Positions 10,761 to 20,500 of a stretch of DNA of 64,000 bases are shown in pieces. The notes below the pieces were generated by a model that had not been told where the DNA came from, did not search any database, and saw only the letters and a program-made list of their open reading frames with translations. The stretch comes from Minisyncoccota bacterium (GTDB lineage: Bacteria; Patescibacteriota; Minisyncoccia; Phycocordibacterales; PALSA-1337), in contig JBAZBL010000003.1 in the NCBI GenBank assembly GCA_041671485.1, forward strand, positions 25,412 to 89,411, written 5' to 3'. Each line of letters opens with the position of its first letter. The first letter of the stretch is position 1. Made by a program: the position numbers and the translations under genes.

Positions 10761-11804
10761 ATGACAATAGACAAAGATAATCACGCAGAAATATCTATAT
10801 TAGTAACAGGTGGTCTTGGTTTCATCGGAAGCTGTTTTATCGAGATGCTCCTAAAGAAAGGAGATAGTGTTATAAATGTTGATAAAATGACTTATGCAAT
10901 AAGAGAAGACACCAATTTTGAAAAGCATCCAAATTATCAATTCGTTAAAAAAGATATATGTGATCTTAGAGGTTTACCTCAAAATATAAAATATATTGTA
11001 AATTTTGCAGCAGAATCCCATGTAGACAATTCAATAATAAGTACTGCCCAATTTTTCAAAAGCAATGTTCGTGGCGTATATAACTTGCTTGAATTGATAA
11101 GGAGATTACCGAAAGAAAGACGACCTGTATTTATTCAGATCTCAACTGATGAAGTCTATGGTGATATATTGACAGGATCATTCAAGGAAACAGATCCACT
11201 CAAACCCTCTAGTCCATATTCGGCAACAAAAGCAGCAGCAGATCAATTGGTCATGGGTTGGGGAAGGACTTATGGATTGAAATATCGAATAACTAGAAGT
11301 AGCAATAATTATGGATATGGGCAACGTCCAGAGAAATTGATACCAAAAGCAATGAAATTGGCTATGAAGAATGAGAAGATACCAATTCACGGTGATGGTT
11401 CATATCGTCGCGAATGGATATATACAGAGGACAATTGCAGAGCTATAATCCTTGTCATGGAAAGAGGTCTTGATGGTGAAATATATAATATTTCTACTGG
11501 AGAAGAATTCACAAATCTTGAAGTTGTAAAAAAAGTATTGGTAACCATGAATAAACCCAATAATATGTATAGATACGTAACAGATCGTCCAGGACAAGAT
11601 GTCAGATACTATGTCGATTCGAGCAAAATAAGAAGTCTTGGTTGGCAACCCAAAATGACACTCGATCAATATCTACCCATCTGTAAAAAACTGAATGAAG
11701 AAAGGACTCGAAATTTACCCCTCGGAAAAAAAGAACGTTTAGCAAGAATGTTTGGTCTATCAAAACTATTTTATGCCCAACCCAATAAGGAAAATATTCA
11801 ATAA
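10761..11804 (+). CDS. NAD-dependent epimerase/dehydratase, dTDP-glucose 4,6-dehydratase-like
   Basis: VTGGLGFIGS Rossmann motif, DKMTYA, STDEVYGD and the YSATKAAAD catalytic YxxxK. Confidence 0.65.
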   Translation: MTIDKDNHAEISILVTGGLGFIGSCFIEMLLKKGDSVINVDKMTYAIREDTNFEKHPNYQFVKKDICDLRGLPQNIKYIVNFAAESHVDNSIISTAQFFKSNVRGVYNLLELIRRLPKERRPVFIQISTDEVYGDILTGSFKETDPLKPSSPYSATKAAADQLVMGWGRTYGLKYRITRSSNNYGYGQRPEKLIPKAMKLAMKNEKIPIHGDGSYRREWIYTEDNCRAIILVMERGLDGEIYNISTGEEFTNLEVVKKVLVTMNKPNNMYRYVTDRPGQDVRYYVDSSKIRSLGWQPKMTLDQYLPICKKLNEERTRNLPLGKKERLARMFGLSKLFYAQPNKENIQ

Positions 11805-12474
11805 AGCTGGTATCGATCTGCATAGATATCATCCTTCGGCCGATCGTTTGGCTTGGCTTTCTGGTCTCAATATTAAAACGGTCTTTGATACAGGTGCAAA
11901 TATCGGCCAATTCGCAACCGAAATAAGAGAAAGACTTCCATTTGTACAAATATACTCTTTTGAACCAATCAAAGAATGTTACGAAAAATTGATAGTGAAC
12001 TTTGCTAATGACAAGAATTTTCAAGCTTTCAATTGCGCTTTGGGAGAAATAGAGGGATTATTGAATATGAATAAGAGTTCCTATACTCCTAGTTCTTCCC
12101 TTCTTGCTATGGCAGATTCGCACAAACAATTGTTTCCTCATACAAAAGACAATAGATCAGAGTCTATTAGCATTAGGCGTTTGGATGAAGTATCAAATGA
12201 GATCAATGTAGAAAAAGATATACTGATCAAGGTTGATACCCAAGGCTATGAAGACAAAGTCATTGCTGGTGGTATAAAAACATTTTTACAAGCCAAAGTT
12301 GCAATCATGGAAGCATCTTTCATACGTCTATATGAAGGTCAGCCATTATTCGATGATATATATGAAAAAATGAAATCTCTTGGTTTTACATACAATGGAG
12401 CACTACATCAAAAGATCAATCCAAAAACTGGTGAGGTCATATTTGAAGATGCTATATTTGTACGCAATCAATAA
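11773..12474 (+). CDS. FkbM-family methyltransferase
   Basis: TGANIGQFATEIRE and FEPIKECYEKL motifs; start placed at the internal ATG (MPNPIRK). Its 3' end overlaps the convergent GT1 gene by 23 nt. Confidence 0.6.
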   Translation: MPNPIRKIFNKAGIDLHRYHPSADRLAWLSGLNIKTVFDTGANIGQFATEIRERLPFVQIYSFEPIKECYEKLIVNFANDKNFQAFNCALGEIEGLLNMNKSSYTPSSSLLAMADSHKQLFPHTKDNRSESISIRRLDEVSNEINVEKDILIKVDTQGYEDKVIAGGIKTFLQAKVAIMEASFIRLYEGQPLFDDIYEKMKSLGFTYNGALHQKINPKTGEVIFEDAIFVRNQ

Positions 12475-13504
12475 TATCTCTTGCCAACTTCTTATTGGTT
12501 AATCTTTCCTCATACAGTTTTTTCCCATTCTCTGCAAGGCTTCGTACTAATTGGGGTTGATTTTTCAATAATAAAATCTTTTCTGCCAAATCTTCTGGAT
12601 CACCACAATTGACCATAAGACAATTGACATTATCAGTCAATAATTCGCTAATTCCATTTGTACGACCTGTGATATAAGGAAGACCGAGAGCTAGTGTTTC
12701 GAAAGCTTTATGAGGAATAGTACGTTCCAATCTTTCATGAATTCCAAACTGCCCCAAAGAAACATGACATTCGAGCATTTTCTGTCTTACTTCATTGGGC
12801 AAAATATGTTCAGTGATCCATTTGAGATTTTTTGGTTTCAATTCATCTATACAAGATTTGATCTCTTCTTCTGTGCGTCCACTACCAATAATGAGAAATT
12901 CTATATCCTCATTTTCAAGAAGTTTTGCTGTTTGGACAACATATTGAATACCAGCTTCAGGCAAGAATTTGCCACGGAAAATAGCGGTGAACTTTTCCCT
13001 CTTTTCGACACTTGAATCTTCATGAAAAATTTCTTCATCGGCACCCGTTAGAACACACACAACCTTTTCAGCTTCCAATAAAAATCTTTTTATGAAATAT
13101 TCTTTCTGATGATTTGTCTCTACCAAAATAAGATCAGCCGACTTTGCTGACAACAAATCGATAAGCCTAATCCATAATCTCATGAAAGGGTTATAACGAT
13201 AACGACCACGAGAAATAACTTCACCTTCATATAGAGAACAAAGAGCGTCGAAAACAATAGGTTTACAAGAAATCATTTTTGCGAAAGATACAACAATATG
13301 TCCTGGATAACCAACAATCATCACATCATAACCGCCATTTTTTATAATCATTCTGTGTTTCTTCCATAATCTCCAATACTTGAGAAGTCCAAGCGAATCA
13401 TCATGACATTCTATAATTTCTATACCATTTTGCCTCAGACCAGAAATATAGACCTTATTACGGCCAAAGTTACTATTATATATACCAAAATAACATATTC
13501 TCAT
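12452..13504 (-). CDS. Glycosyltransferase family 1 (GT-B); paralog of 18144-19196
   Basis: N-terminus MRICYFGIYN...ISGLRQNGIEIIEC is near-identical in pattern to the ORF at 18144-19196. The C-terminal half has the GT1 E-x7-E region (ETLALGLPYI). Confidence 0.7.
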   Translation of the reverse strand: MRICYFGIYNSNFGRNKVYISGLRQNGIEIIECHDDSLGLLKYWRLWKKHRMIIKNGGYDVMIVGYPGHIVVSFAKMISCKPIVFDALCSLYEGEVISRGRYRYNPFMRLWIRLIDLLSAKSADLILVETNHQKEYFIKRFLLEAEKVVCVLTGADEEIFHEDSSVEKREKFTAIFRGKFLPEAGIQYVVQTAKLLENEDIEFLIIGSGRTEEEIKSCIDELKPKNLKWITEHILPNEVRQKMLECHVSLGQFGIHERLERTIPHKAFETLALGLPYITGRTNGISELLTDNVNCLMVNCGDPEDLAEKILLLKNQPQLVRSLAENGKKLYEERLTNKKLARDIIDCVQI

Positions 13505-13506
13505 AA

Positions 13507-14232
13507 TTATTTATTTATTAGTATCTTTCGCAATCGAGATTTCAATCTTAAAAGATCACAAAACATCCCTATGGAATCTTTAAATAAAGTTACTTTGGAT
13601 TCAGAACTATCTCGCCAAATGATATCTATAGAATCAATCTTATACTTATACCATTGTGATATGACTATAAGTTCAGTATCGAATATCCAAGTCCTTTCCT
13701 GAAGAAGAGGGGCAATCTTTTCGAAAGAACTTCTTTTCATGGCCTTGAAACCACATTGATGATCTGCGAGACGACTACCGAATAAACTACGAACAAAAAA
13801 ATTATAGAACCATGACGAGATCTTACGCACTTTTTTCTTGGATATAACTTGGGATTGTGGCCCAAGACGATTCCCTATTGCCATATCATTCCCTTTTATA
13901 GCAATCGAATCAATAAGTGGTCTAAAAAAATCGAGATCTGAAGACAAATCTATATCCATAAAAGAAAGTACATCAGCCTCACTTTTCATCCATGCAGTCC
14001 TGATCGCCAATCCTTTTCCTTTACCATCTATTTTCAGACTTTTAACATTATTATACTTTCTCGATAAATCACTACATATTAAAGGTGTACGATCTCTACT
14101 ACCATTATCTGCAAGAATAATAGAATAGTCATAAGGAAAAGAAGAAGACTTCAAATGTTCCACAAGCTTCATTATTGAGTCTGTCAATATCTTTTCTTCA
14201 TTATATAACGGAATAACGATATCTACCTTCAT
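13507..14232 (-). CDS. Glycosyltransferase family 2 (polyprenol-phosphate sugar transferase-like)
   Basis: MKVDIVIPLYNEE ... ILADNGSRD ... DIDLSSD are the classic GT2 motifs. Start set at the third ATG. Confidence 0.7.
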   Translation of the reverse strand: MKVDIVIPLYNEEKILTDSIMKLVEHLKSSSFPYDYSIILADNGSRDRTPLICSDLSRKYNNVKSLKIDGKGKGLAIRTAWMKSEADVLSFMDIDLSSDLDFFRPLIDSIAIKGNDMAIGNRLGPQSQVISKKKVRKISSWFYNFFVRSLFGSRLADHQCGFKAMKRSSFEKIAPLLQERTWIFDTELIVISQWYKYKIDSIDIIWRDSSESKVTLFKDSIGMFCDLLRLKSRLRKILINK

Positions 14233-14276
14233 TAGTGTGGTATTATATAGCATATTACCCATTTTGGATACATTTT

Positions 14277-15170
14277 ATGAGAAATATATTGAGTGGCATT
14301 ATCAAACATATATTAGGAATCTTACCTCCTACTTTGCCGCCCAAAATATACAATTTTCTTATCAAAATACCTGTTTTCAAATATGTGTTAAATAAGCTTA
14401 TAAAGAATATAACTCCAGACTTTATTGATATTAGTGAGGGAAAGATCTACTTCAATAAAGCAGATCCAGTTATGACAGCGTGGACAACTATGGGTTCCTT
14501 TGAGCCCGGAACAGTAAAATTCTTTAGAGAAGCTATACGAGAAGGAATGAACATAATAGATATTGGTGCAAATATTGGTTATTACACTGTTATCGCCAGT
14601 AAGAGGGTTGGACAATCTGGAAAAGTTTTCTCATACGAACCAGATCCTGAAAATTTTCGTTTTCTAGAAGATAATATTAAAAAGAACAATTTAGAAAATA
14701 CTATACCATTAATGACTGCTCTATCTGACACGATCAGTGAGAGAAAACTTTATCTTGGTAATAATAAATGTACTACTCATGCTTTCACAGACAATTCAGG
14801 AACTGGTAAATCAGAACTTGTAAACACTGACACTCTTGATCATTCACTAATTCAATATGGTTCGCCGATAATAGACATTATCAAAATTGATATTGAGGGA
14901 GCAGAAATATTAGCACTTGAAGGTATGAAAGAGACAATCAATAGAAGCCCAAATCTAATTATGTTTACAGAACTTTACCCAAAAGCTATGAGGCGACTCA
15001 ATAGAAATCCAGTTGAATATCTAGAAAGATTACAAAGATTTGGATTCACACTATTTCTTATTGATGAGAACAAACAAAATCTTGATACGATAAATGATAT
15101 CAATAAATTTATTTTGACTTTTAGAGATGATGAATCAGTAGAAAATATTTATGCTGTCAAGAAACATTAA
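14277..15170 (+). CDS. FkbM-family methyltransferase
   Basis: IDIGANIGYYTVIAS ... FSYEPDPENF ... KIDIEGAEILALEG. ATG start at 14277. Confidence 0.65.
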   Translation: MRNILSGIIKHILGILPPTLPPKIYNFLIKIPVFKYVLNKLIKNITPDFIDISEGKIYFNKADPVMTAWTTMGSFEPGTVKFFREAIREGMNIIDIGANIGYYTVIASKRVGQSGKVFSYEPDPENFRFLEDNIKKNNLENTIPLMTALSDTISERKLYLGNNKCTTHAFTDNSGTGKSELVNTDTLDHSLIQYGSPIIDIIKIDIEGAEILALEGMKETINRSPNLIMFTELYPKAMRRLNRNPVEYLERLQRFGFTLFLIDENKQNLDTINDINKFILTFRDDESVENIYAVKKH

Positions 15171-15179
15171 TAGAATCTT

Positions 15180-16673
15180 CTAGCGATGTTTTAAAATTGA
15201 ATATTTATACGCCGTCTGATCTAAAATATAGTTTCCGAAGACAGTATCTTTTTGTGGATCATATTTTGATGTTTCAACTATAACCATATCTATTGTACCA
15301 GATTTGAGATGAGATAATTGTTCTTTACCGATCGTATTGATACGCGTCGTAAGAATAGATTGATAATAATTCTTGCTTTGAATAAATGGTGCAACTTCTG
15401 GTGTATCATAAAAAAATACTGATGTTGTAGTTGAGGTCTTGCTAAAATATTCTTGCCAAAACTCTGTTTTATGACTTCCATATGCTTCTGCAACCCAAGA
15501 ATTGAACATTAACTGATATAGGCCAAATAAAGAAAGAAGTACAATCGCAATAACAGGAATACTTTTCTCGTAATACTTAAAAATATTTAGATACCTAGAT
15601 CTATCAAAAATGAAATTATTTATAACTCTTAGTGTATTTGGCAAAAATACAAGTATCAATATCTGTGCTGGGAAAAAATATCTGAATATTCCACCAATGC
15701 GCAGATAAGAAACCATAATAGTAATACTAAATATAAAAGCAATTATCTCCTCGATATTGATCTTCTCTTTTATATATACTTTTATTGATATAGCGAAAAC
15801 CCAAAGTGATATGAGGATCACTGTATATATAGTACTTATATTTGTGAACAAAGCATTGATACTCTGCATAACAACGGTCAAAATACTCTTATGATAATTT
15901 GGATCTTCAAAAGCATAAGGATTGGCATAATAACTAAATACTTGAAATACCGAATCACCAGACTGAAATTGGATGAAAAACCAAGCAATAATTGGCATAC
16001 AAAAAGATAATACACCTATCAGAATACTCTTTTTGGAAATATCCCCACGTTTCCACCCAACAATAATCCCTACAATAATTGCAGGTGCCAATAGGATAAA
16101 AAAAGGTTTAGTTGATATACATAAACCTGCAAAGATGCCAGACAAGATTATCCACACTGTCTTCTTGTCTTTTGTAGATATGACAAGATTTAAAAATAAT
16201 AGAAATAAGATAAAATACAATAGACCAGGAACTTCACCCAGAATACTCTTGCCATTACCATACAATGGTGCAAACGTTGCAAGAAGAGCCATCGATCCAA
16301 GAGCTGTAATATTACTAAATATTCTTTTTACCAGAAAATAACTTGCTATTATGAGTGCCAAAATAAACACTGCCATAAGTGCGCGACCAGACAATACACT
16401 TATCCCAAAGACTTTCATCCATAAGGCCAATGGGTAAATAAGTGGATAACTCACTGTCTGATACATTGAAATATGCATGATATTTCCCGGAGCCAATTGG
16501 AGTCCAAATACACCACTTTCGGCCAAATTGGTGGCGCTTTGGAAATACCATCCTTCGTCATACCAAAAAGATGGACTTTCAGTTAGTTGATAGGTTGCAA
16601 AAAAAATAGTGACTACAAATAAGACACATATAATTACTTTACTTATTTGCCTGCTACTAAGATCTTTAAACAT
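15180..16673 (-). CDS. GT-C fold glycosyltransferase, PMT/ArnT-like (family 39/83-like) polytopic membrane protein
   Basis: About 12 TM helices. First extracytoplasmic loop carries SPSFWYDEGWY (DE motif) as in ArnT/PMT enzymes. Confidence 0.55.
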   Translation of the reverse strand: MFKDLSSRQISKVIICVLFVVTIFFATYQLTESPSFWYDEGWYFQSATNLAESGVFGLQLAPGNIMHISMYQTVSYPLIYPLALWMKVFGISVLSGRALMAVFILALIIASYFLVKRIFSNITALGSMALLATFAPLYGNGKSILGEVPGLLYFILFLLFLNLVISTKDKKTVWIILSGIFAGLCISTKPFFILLAPAIIVGIIVGWKRGDISKKSILIGVLSFCMPIIAWFFIQFQSGDSVFQVFSYYANPYAFEDPNYHKSILTVVMQSINALFTNISTIYTVILISLWVFAISIKVYIKEKINIEEIIAFIFSITIMVSYLRIGGIFRYFFPAQILILVFLPNTLRVINNFIFDRSRYLNIFKYYEKSIPVIAIVLLSLFGLYQLMFNSWVAEAYGSHKTEFWQEYFSKTSTTTSVFFYDTPEVAPFIQSKNYYQSILTTRINTIGKEQLSHLKSGTIDMVIVETSKYDPQKDTVFGNYILDQTAYKYSILKHR

Positions 16674-16684
16674 CTAAAATAATA

Positions 16685-17428
16685 TTATGGCTTTCTTCCA
16701 AAAATTATAACCGAACCAGAAATTTCTCTTAATAATGGTATCTTTTCAACTAATTTTCCAATCTTATTTACCAATGAAAGAAATATATTTGGTGTTGATG
16801 GATGTAGAAAATCATAAGTAAAAATAGAAATATCTATAAAGCCAATTCTCTTCATTAGTCTAGCGAATTTCCAACGAATAATTGCAGTCTCATCTGGAGA
16901 ATCTCCTAACCATTTCTTAATAAAAGGAATATTTTTTTGGACAAAGATTTGTGGATTCAACATATTCGGTTCAGCAAAAACCATTCTTCCTCCTGGTTTC
17001 AAGACCCTTAATATCTCAGTCAGTGCTGGAATGAAATCCAAATGATGAAGTATAGAGCTACCAAAAACAACATCAAATTCATTATCAACAAATGGTAAAT
17101 GCATTGCATCAGCGAGCAGAAAATTAACACCATGCACTTCATTCTTTGCTATATCTAATAAATCTGGAGATAGATCAGTTGCTATGATATTGGCTCTGGT
17201 CAATTCTTTGACTTTCTTTGTAAATAAACCAGTGCCACAACCAATTTCAAGTACTTTATCAGTTAAAGTAATTTTTCCAACAGAAACAAAATATCTAGCA
17301 CGACGTTCTGCTCTAATTTTCCCAGCTGGACTTGACCAATTCCAAATAGCCTCAGCTCCTTCACTTGTCAATTTTTTACCATGTTCTATCTCATGTTCAA
17401 GACGAATATTATATGATTTATCTGACAT
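16685..17428 (-). CDS. Class I SAM-dependent methyltransferase
   Basis: VLEIGCGTGLFT motif I, acidic DL at the end of strand 2, LKPGGRMVF. Confidence 0.7.
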   Translation of the reverse strand: MSDKSYNIRLEHEIEHGKKLTSEGAEAIWNWSSPAGKIRAERRARYFVSVGKITLTDKVLEIGCGTGLFTKKVKELTRANIIATDLSPDLLDIAKNEVHGVNFLLADAMHLPFVDNEFDVVFGSSILHHLDFIPALTEILRVLKPGGRMVFAEPNMLNPQIFVQKNIPFIKKWLGDSPDETAIIRWKFARLMKRIGFIDISIFTYDFLHPSTPNIFLSLVNKIGKLVEKIPLLREISGSVIIFGRKP

Positions 17429-17442
17429 AATATAATAGTAGA

Positions 17443-18132
17443 TTACTTAACCCTACAATAATAAACCATTCTAAAACCTAATAAATTTTTCCACAATCTT
17501 GGTAACCATGGCAAAAGTCCCCTGAATGAGAAACCATCAGAGACTGGTGTTGATATCACTTCAAGTCCCATTGCTTCCAGCCAATCGAGAAAATCAATAT
17601 GAGACCAGTAACGGAGATGTTCTGATGGATGATATACCCATTGAGTAAAGAATCTACCACGAAACATTAGTCCATAACGAAACTGATAAGAAGCACTATT
17701 CGGAACAGTTATTAGAAAATATTTCGTATATGGCTTTAATGCTTTGACGGTCTGCTCTGGATTGCGAGTATGTTCGAGAACTTCACTCAATATCAAATAA
17801 TCAAACTTATCTGACAATTTTATATTATTAACTTTCTCAATATCAATCTCAAAACCATCAATACCTAGTGTACGGTACTGATCAAGAACTATTTTCGAAA
17901 TATCTGCTACTTTGACATCACATCCTTTTTCTTTTACTTTCACTGGTAACAGTGAATTCCCACATCCAATATCAGCAATTTTGGCTCCGATAGGAATAAT
18001 ATCTAGCATAATTTGCTCCCTTGGTTTCAACTTTTTATTGAGTTGCCAACCACGATAATTCCAATAGTCATCATAGTCAATATCTTTTATATTGTGAAAG
18101 TCGGGCTTTCTTATCCAAGGTGATGTAAACAT
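17443..18132 (-). CDS. Class I SAM-dependent methyltransferase
   Basis: IADIGCGNS motif I; VADIS; ILSEVLEHTRNPEQTVKALKP. Confidence 0.65.
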   Translation of the reverse strand: MFTSPWIRKPDFHNIKDIDYDDYWNYRGWQLNKKLKPREQIMLDIIPIGAKIADIGCGNSLLPVKVKEKGCDVKVADISKIVLDQYRTLGIDGFEIDIEKVNNIKLSDKFDYLILSEVLEHTRNPEQTVKALKPYTKYFLITVPNSASYQFRYGLMFRGRFFTQWVYHPSEHLRYWSHIDFLDWLEAMGLEVISTPVSDGFSFRGLLPWLPRLWKNLLGFRMVYYCRVK

Positions 18133-18143
18133 AGATAATAAAA

Positions 18144-19196
18144 TTATTTAGAAATATATTTAGATATTACAGCAACAAGTGATTTTGCGACAGGTGCAGG
18201 GAAATATCTCGATACTGCAATATAACCATTCTTGGCAAGACTTGCACATCTCTCTTTATCATTTGCTAACATCTTTATACCATCTACTATAGATTTAATG
18301 TCATTATTTACAAGTAATATTTCACTATCAGAAAAGATTTCTCTTATTGCAGGAGTATCCATAGTAATTACTACTCTACCTGACGCCAATCCTTCATATA
18401 CTTTATTTGGTACGGCCCTTTGCCCTTTTGCAGTATCACCAAATATACCTAATATTATATCAGCTTCTGCCATGTATTTATTTAATTCACTCGGTGGTAC
18501 TGGTGCTCTTGATACAAATTCAATATTCTCTAGTTTATAACTCTCGGCAAGATCCTTGGTTCTTTTATATTCTTGACCATTACCAATGAGTCGAAATCTA
18601 AGTTTGGGATTATCTGCACACAATCGTGCTACTTCAATTATCTTATTTGTCCCTTGAACTGGAATAAATTTTCCATGCCAATTGATCAATATATAATCTT
18701 TATTGATATATGGTAATGGATGATAAAGCTTATCATTGACACCTAGATATACTGCATGTATTTTATCTTTATTCACACCAAACCATGACAACCAATATTG
18801 TCTATTACCTTCTGTATCAGTTATAGATACATGTGAAAACATTATTCCAAGCCAGTCAAGAATGAGTAGTTTCATCGCTCTAGGATGCCACCACGCAATC
18901 TCCTTACGATCGTAGACTACGGCTTCAAACATAGAATAAAAAGCATCAGAAATTATAGGTTTTGATGATATGAGACGAGCAAGAATGGTTGCAACAGGAG
19001 AAGGATATGCAACATATACACAATCATAATCATTATGTAATGCACGAAGATTTTTCCAGAGTTCGAAATATCTTCTCTTATATCTCCAATCTTCCCTACA
19101 CTCTGTAACTTCAACACCTATCTCTCTCAATCCAGATAAAAGAATATTATTTCTAGAATATGTAGGATCATAAATACCAAAAAAACAAATTTTCAT
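18144..19196 (-). CDS. Glycosyltransferase family 1 (GT-B); paralog of 12452-13504
   Basis: MKICFFGIYDPTYSRNNILLSGLREIGVEVTEC shares its N-terminal pattern with the paralog. C-terminal VYEGLASGRVVI motif. Confidence 0.7.
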   Translation of the reverse strand: MKICFFGIYDPTYSRNNILLSGLREIGVEVTECREDWRYKRRYFELWKNLRALHNDYDCVYVAYPSPVATILARLISSKPIISDAFYSMFEAVVYDRKEIAWWHPRAMKLLILDWLGIMFSHVSITDTEGNRQYWLSWFGVNKDKIHAVYLGVNDKLYHPLPYINKDYILINWHGKFIPVQGTNKIIEVARLCADNPKLRFRLIGNGQEYKRTKDLAESYKLENIEFVSRAPVPPSELNKYMAEADIILGIFGDTAKGQRAVPNKVYEGLASGRVVITMDTPAIREIFSDSEILLVNNDIKSIVDGIKMLANDKERCASLAKNGYIAVSRYFPAPVAKSLVAVISKYISK

Positions 19197-20489
19197 TTAA
19201 ATAAATTTAATCTTCCTCGCCGCAAACACCGTCATCTTGAGTAATAACCATCCATGTTTCCATCGACTTATATTGGTAGAACCGTAAGTCCTTTCTTGGT
19301 ATCGGATTGGTAAATCGATAATTTTCATATTGAGTTTTGCTGCGCCGAAGAGCAGATCGAAGTCACCAAAAGGATCAAAATCACCAAAGAATGCACGGTT
19401 GCTTTTTATCTTCTCATAATCCACACTCCAAAGCATCTTTGTACCACAGAGTGTATCTTTGATTGTTTGATTCAATATCCAACTGAAAGCCATTCCAAAG
19501 AATTTATTAGCGATAATATTGAGTAAACGCATTGAATCTTTTTCTAATGGATATACAAGTCGTGAACCATTGATAAAATCTCCTTTATTATTTACTATCG
19601 CATCATAAAATTTCACCATCTCAAATGCTGGTACAGTCATATCTGCATCATATATCGTCAAGATATCACCTGTTGCCATATCAAATCCTTTTCTTACTGC
19701 ATCACCTTTACCATTTCCTTCTTGTTTAGAATATTTGAATATTTTTTGTCCATTATCTGTATTTGGATTTTTATTTTTTTTATCAATATTCTCTCTTTCC
19801 ACTACCCTTCTGATTTCATCAAAAGTATTATCTGTTGAATTCCCTTCTACAAAGATGATTTCGGTGAATGAACCCAAACTTGGCAATTCTTTTGCAATCT
19901 TCTCTATAGTCCCAGATTCATTTCTTGCTGGAACGATAATTGATATAGATGGTAATTTATCATTTTCATTAATCCTAGTTATTGACTTTCGAATCACCAA
20001 ATAATGAAATAGACCAAAATAATTAAATGGCCAAATATTTGCAAGATATTTATTGAGTAAAAATGAGACAAGTGGAATATAAACTGGCATTAACATTTTT
20101 GTACCAGATTTGACTGTTTCAAATCCTGCCAAATATGCAAAATTCTTGAGATCTCCGATTGAGAGCCAATTTTGCTCTATTACAGCATCTCGGAGTTTCA
20201 ACCATGAAGCCAGCCTCAAAATAGGCTCCCAGAGTGCATTATATTGAGTTATGACGATCCTTCCATCACTATTTAGGCTTTTCCCTACTTCTTCTAGGAA
20301 TCCCTGTATATCGCCTATATTACCCAATAAATCAGAGGCAACTATATATTCATATTTTTCTTCTGATCTTTCATCTGATAAGACAGTATTTTCTTTATCA
20401 AAAATAAATGATTTTGCATTGGAAGGTACAAGAAAATCAGTTATTGATTTCAAGTAATTATAATAATATCTTTTCCAGAATGATTTCAT
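19197..20489 (-). CDS. Bifunctional methyltransferase-like / glycosyltransferase family 2 protein
   Basis: N-terminal SAM-MT-like segment (YIVASDLLGNIGDIQGFL...DGRIVI). C-terminal GT2 segment (ISIIVPARNE...EGNSTDNT...YDADMT). Confidence 0.65.
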   Translation of the reverse strand: MKSFWKRYYYNYLKSITDFLVPSNAKSFIFDKENTVLSDERSEEKYEYIVASDLLGNIGDIQGFLEEVGKSLNSDGRIVITQYNALWEPILRLASWLKLRDAVIEQNWLSIGDLKNFAYLAGFETVKSGTKMLMPVYIPLVSFLLNKYLANIWPFNYFGLFHYLVIRKSITRINENDKLPSISIIVPARNESGTIEKIAKELPSLGSFTEIIFVEGNSTDNTFDEIRRVVERENIDKKNKNPNTDNGQKIFKYSKQEGNGKGDAVRKGFDMATGDILTIYDADMTVPAFEMVKFYDAIVNNKGDFINGSRLVYPLEKDSMRLLNIIANKFFGMAFSWILNQTIKDTLCGTKMLWSVDYEKIKSNRAFFGDFDPFGDFDLLFGAAKLNMKIIDLPIRYQERTYGSTNISRWKHGWLLLKMTVFAARKIKFI

Positions 20490-20500
20490 AGTAATTATGA

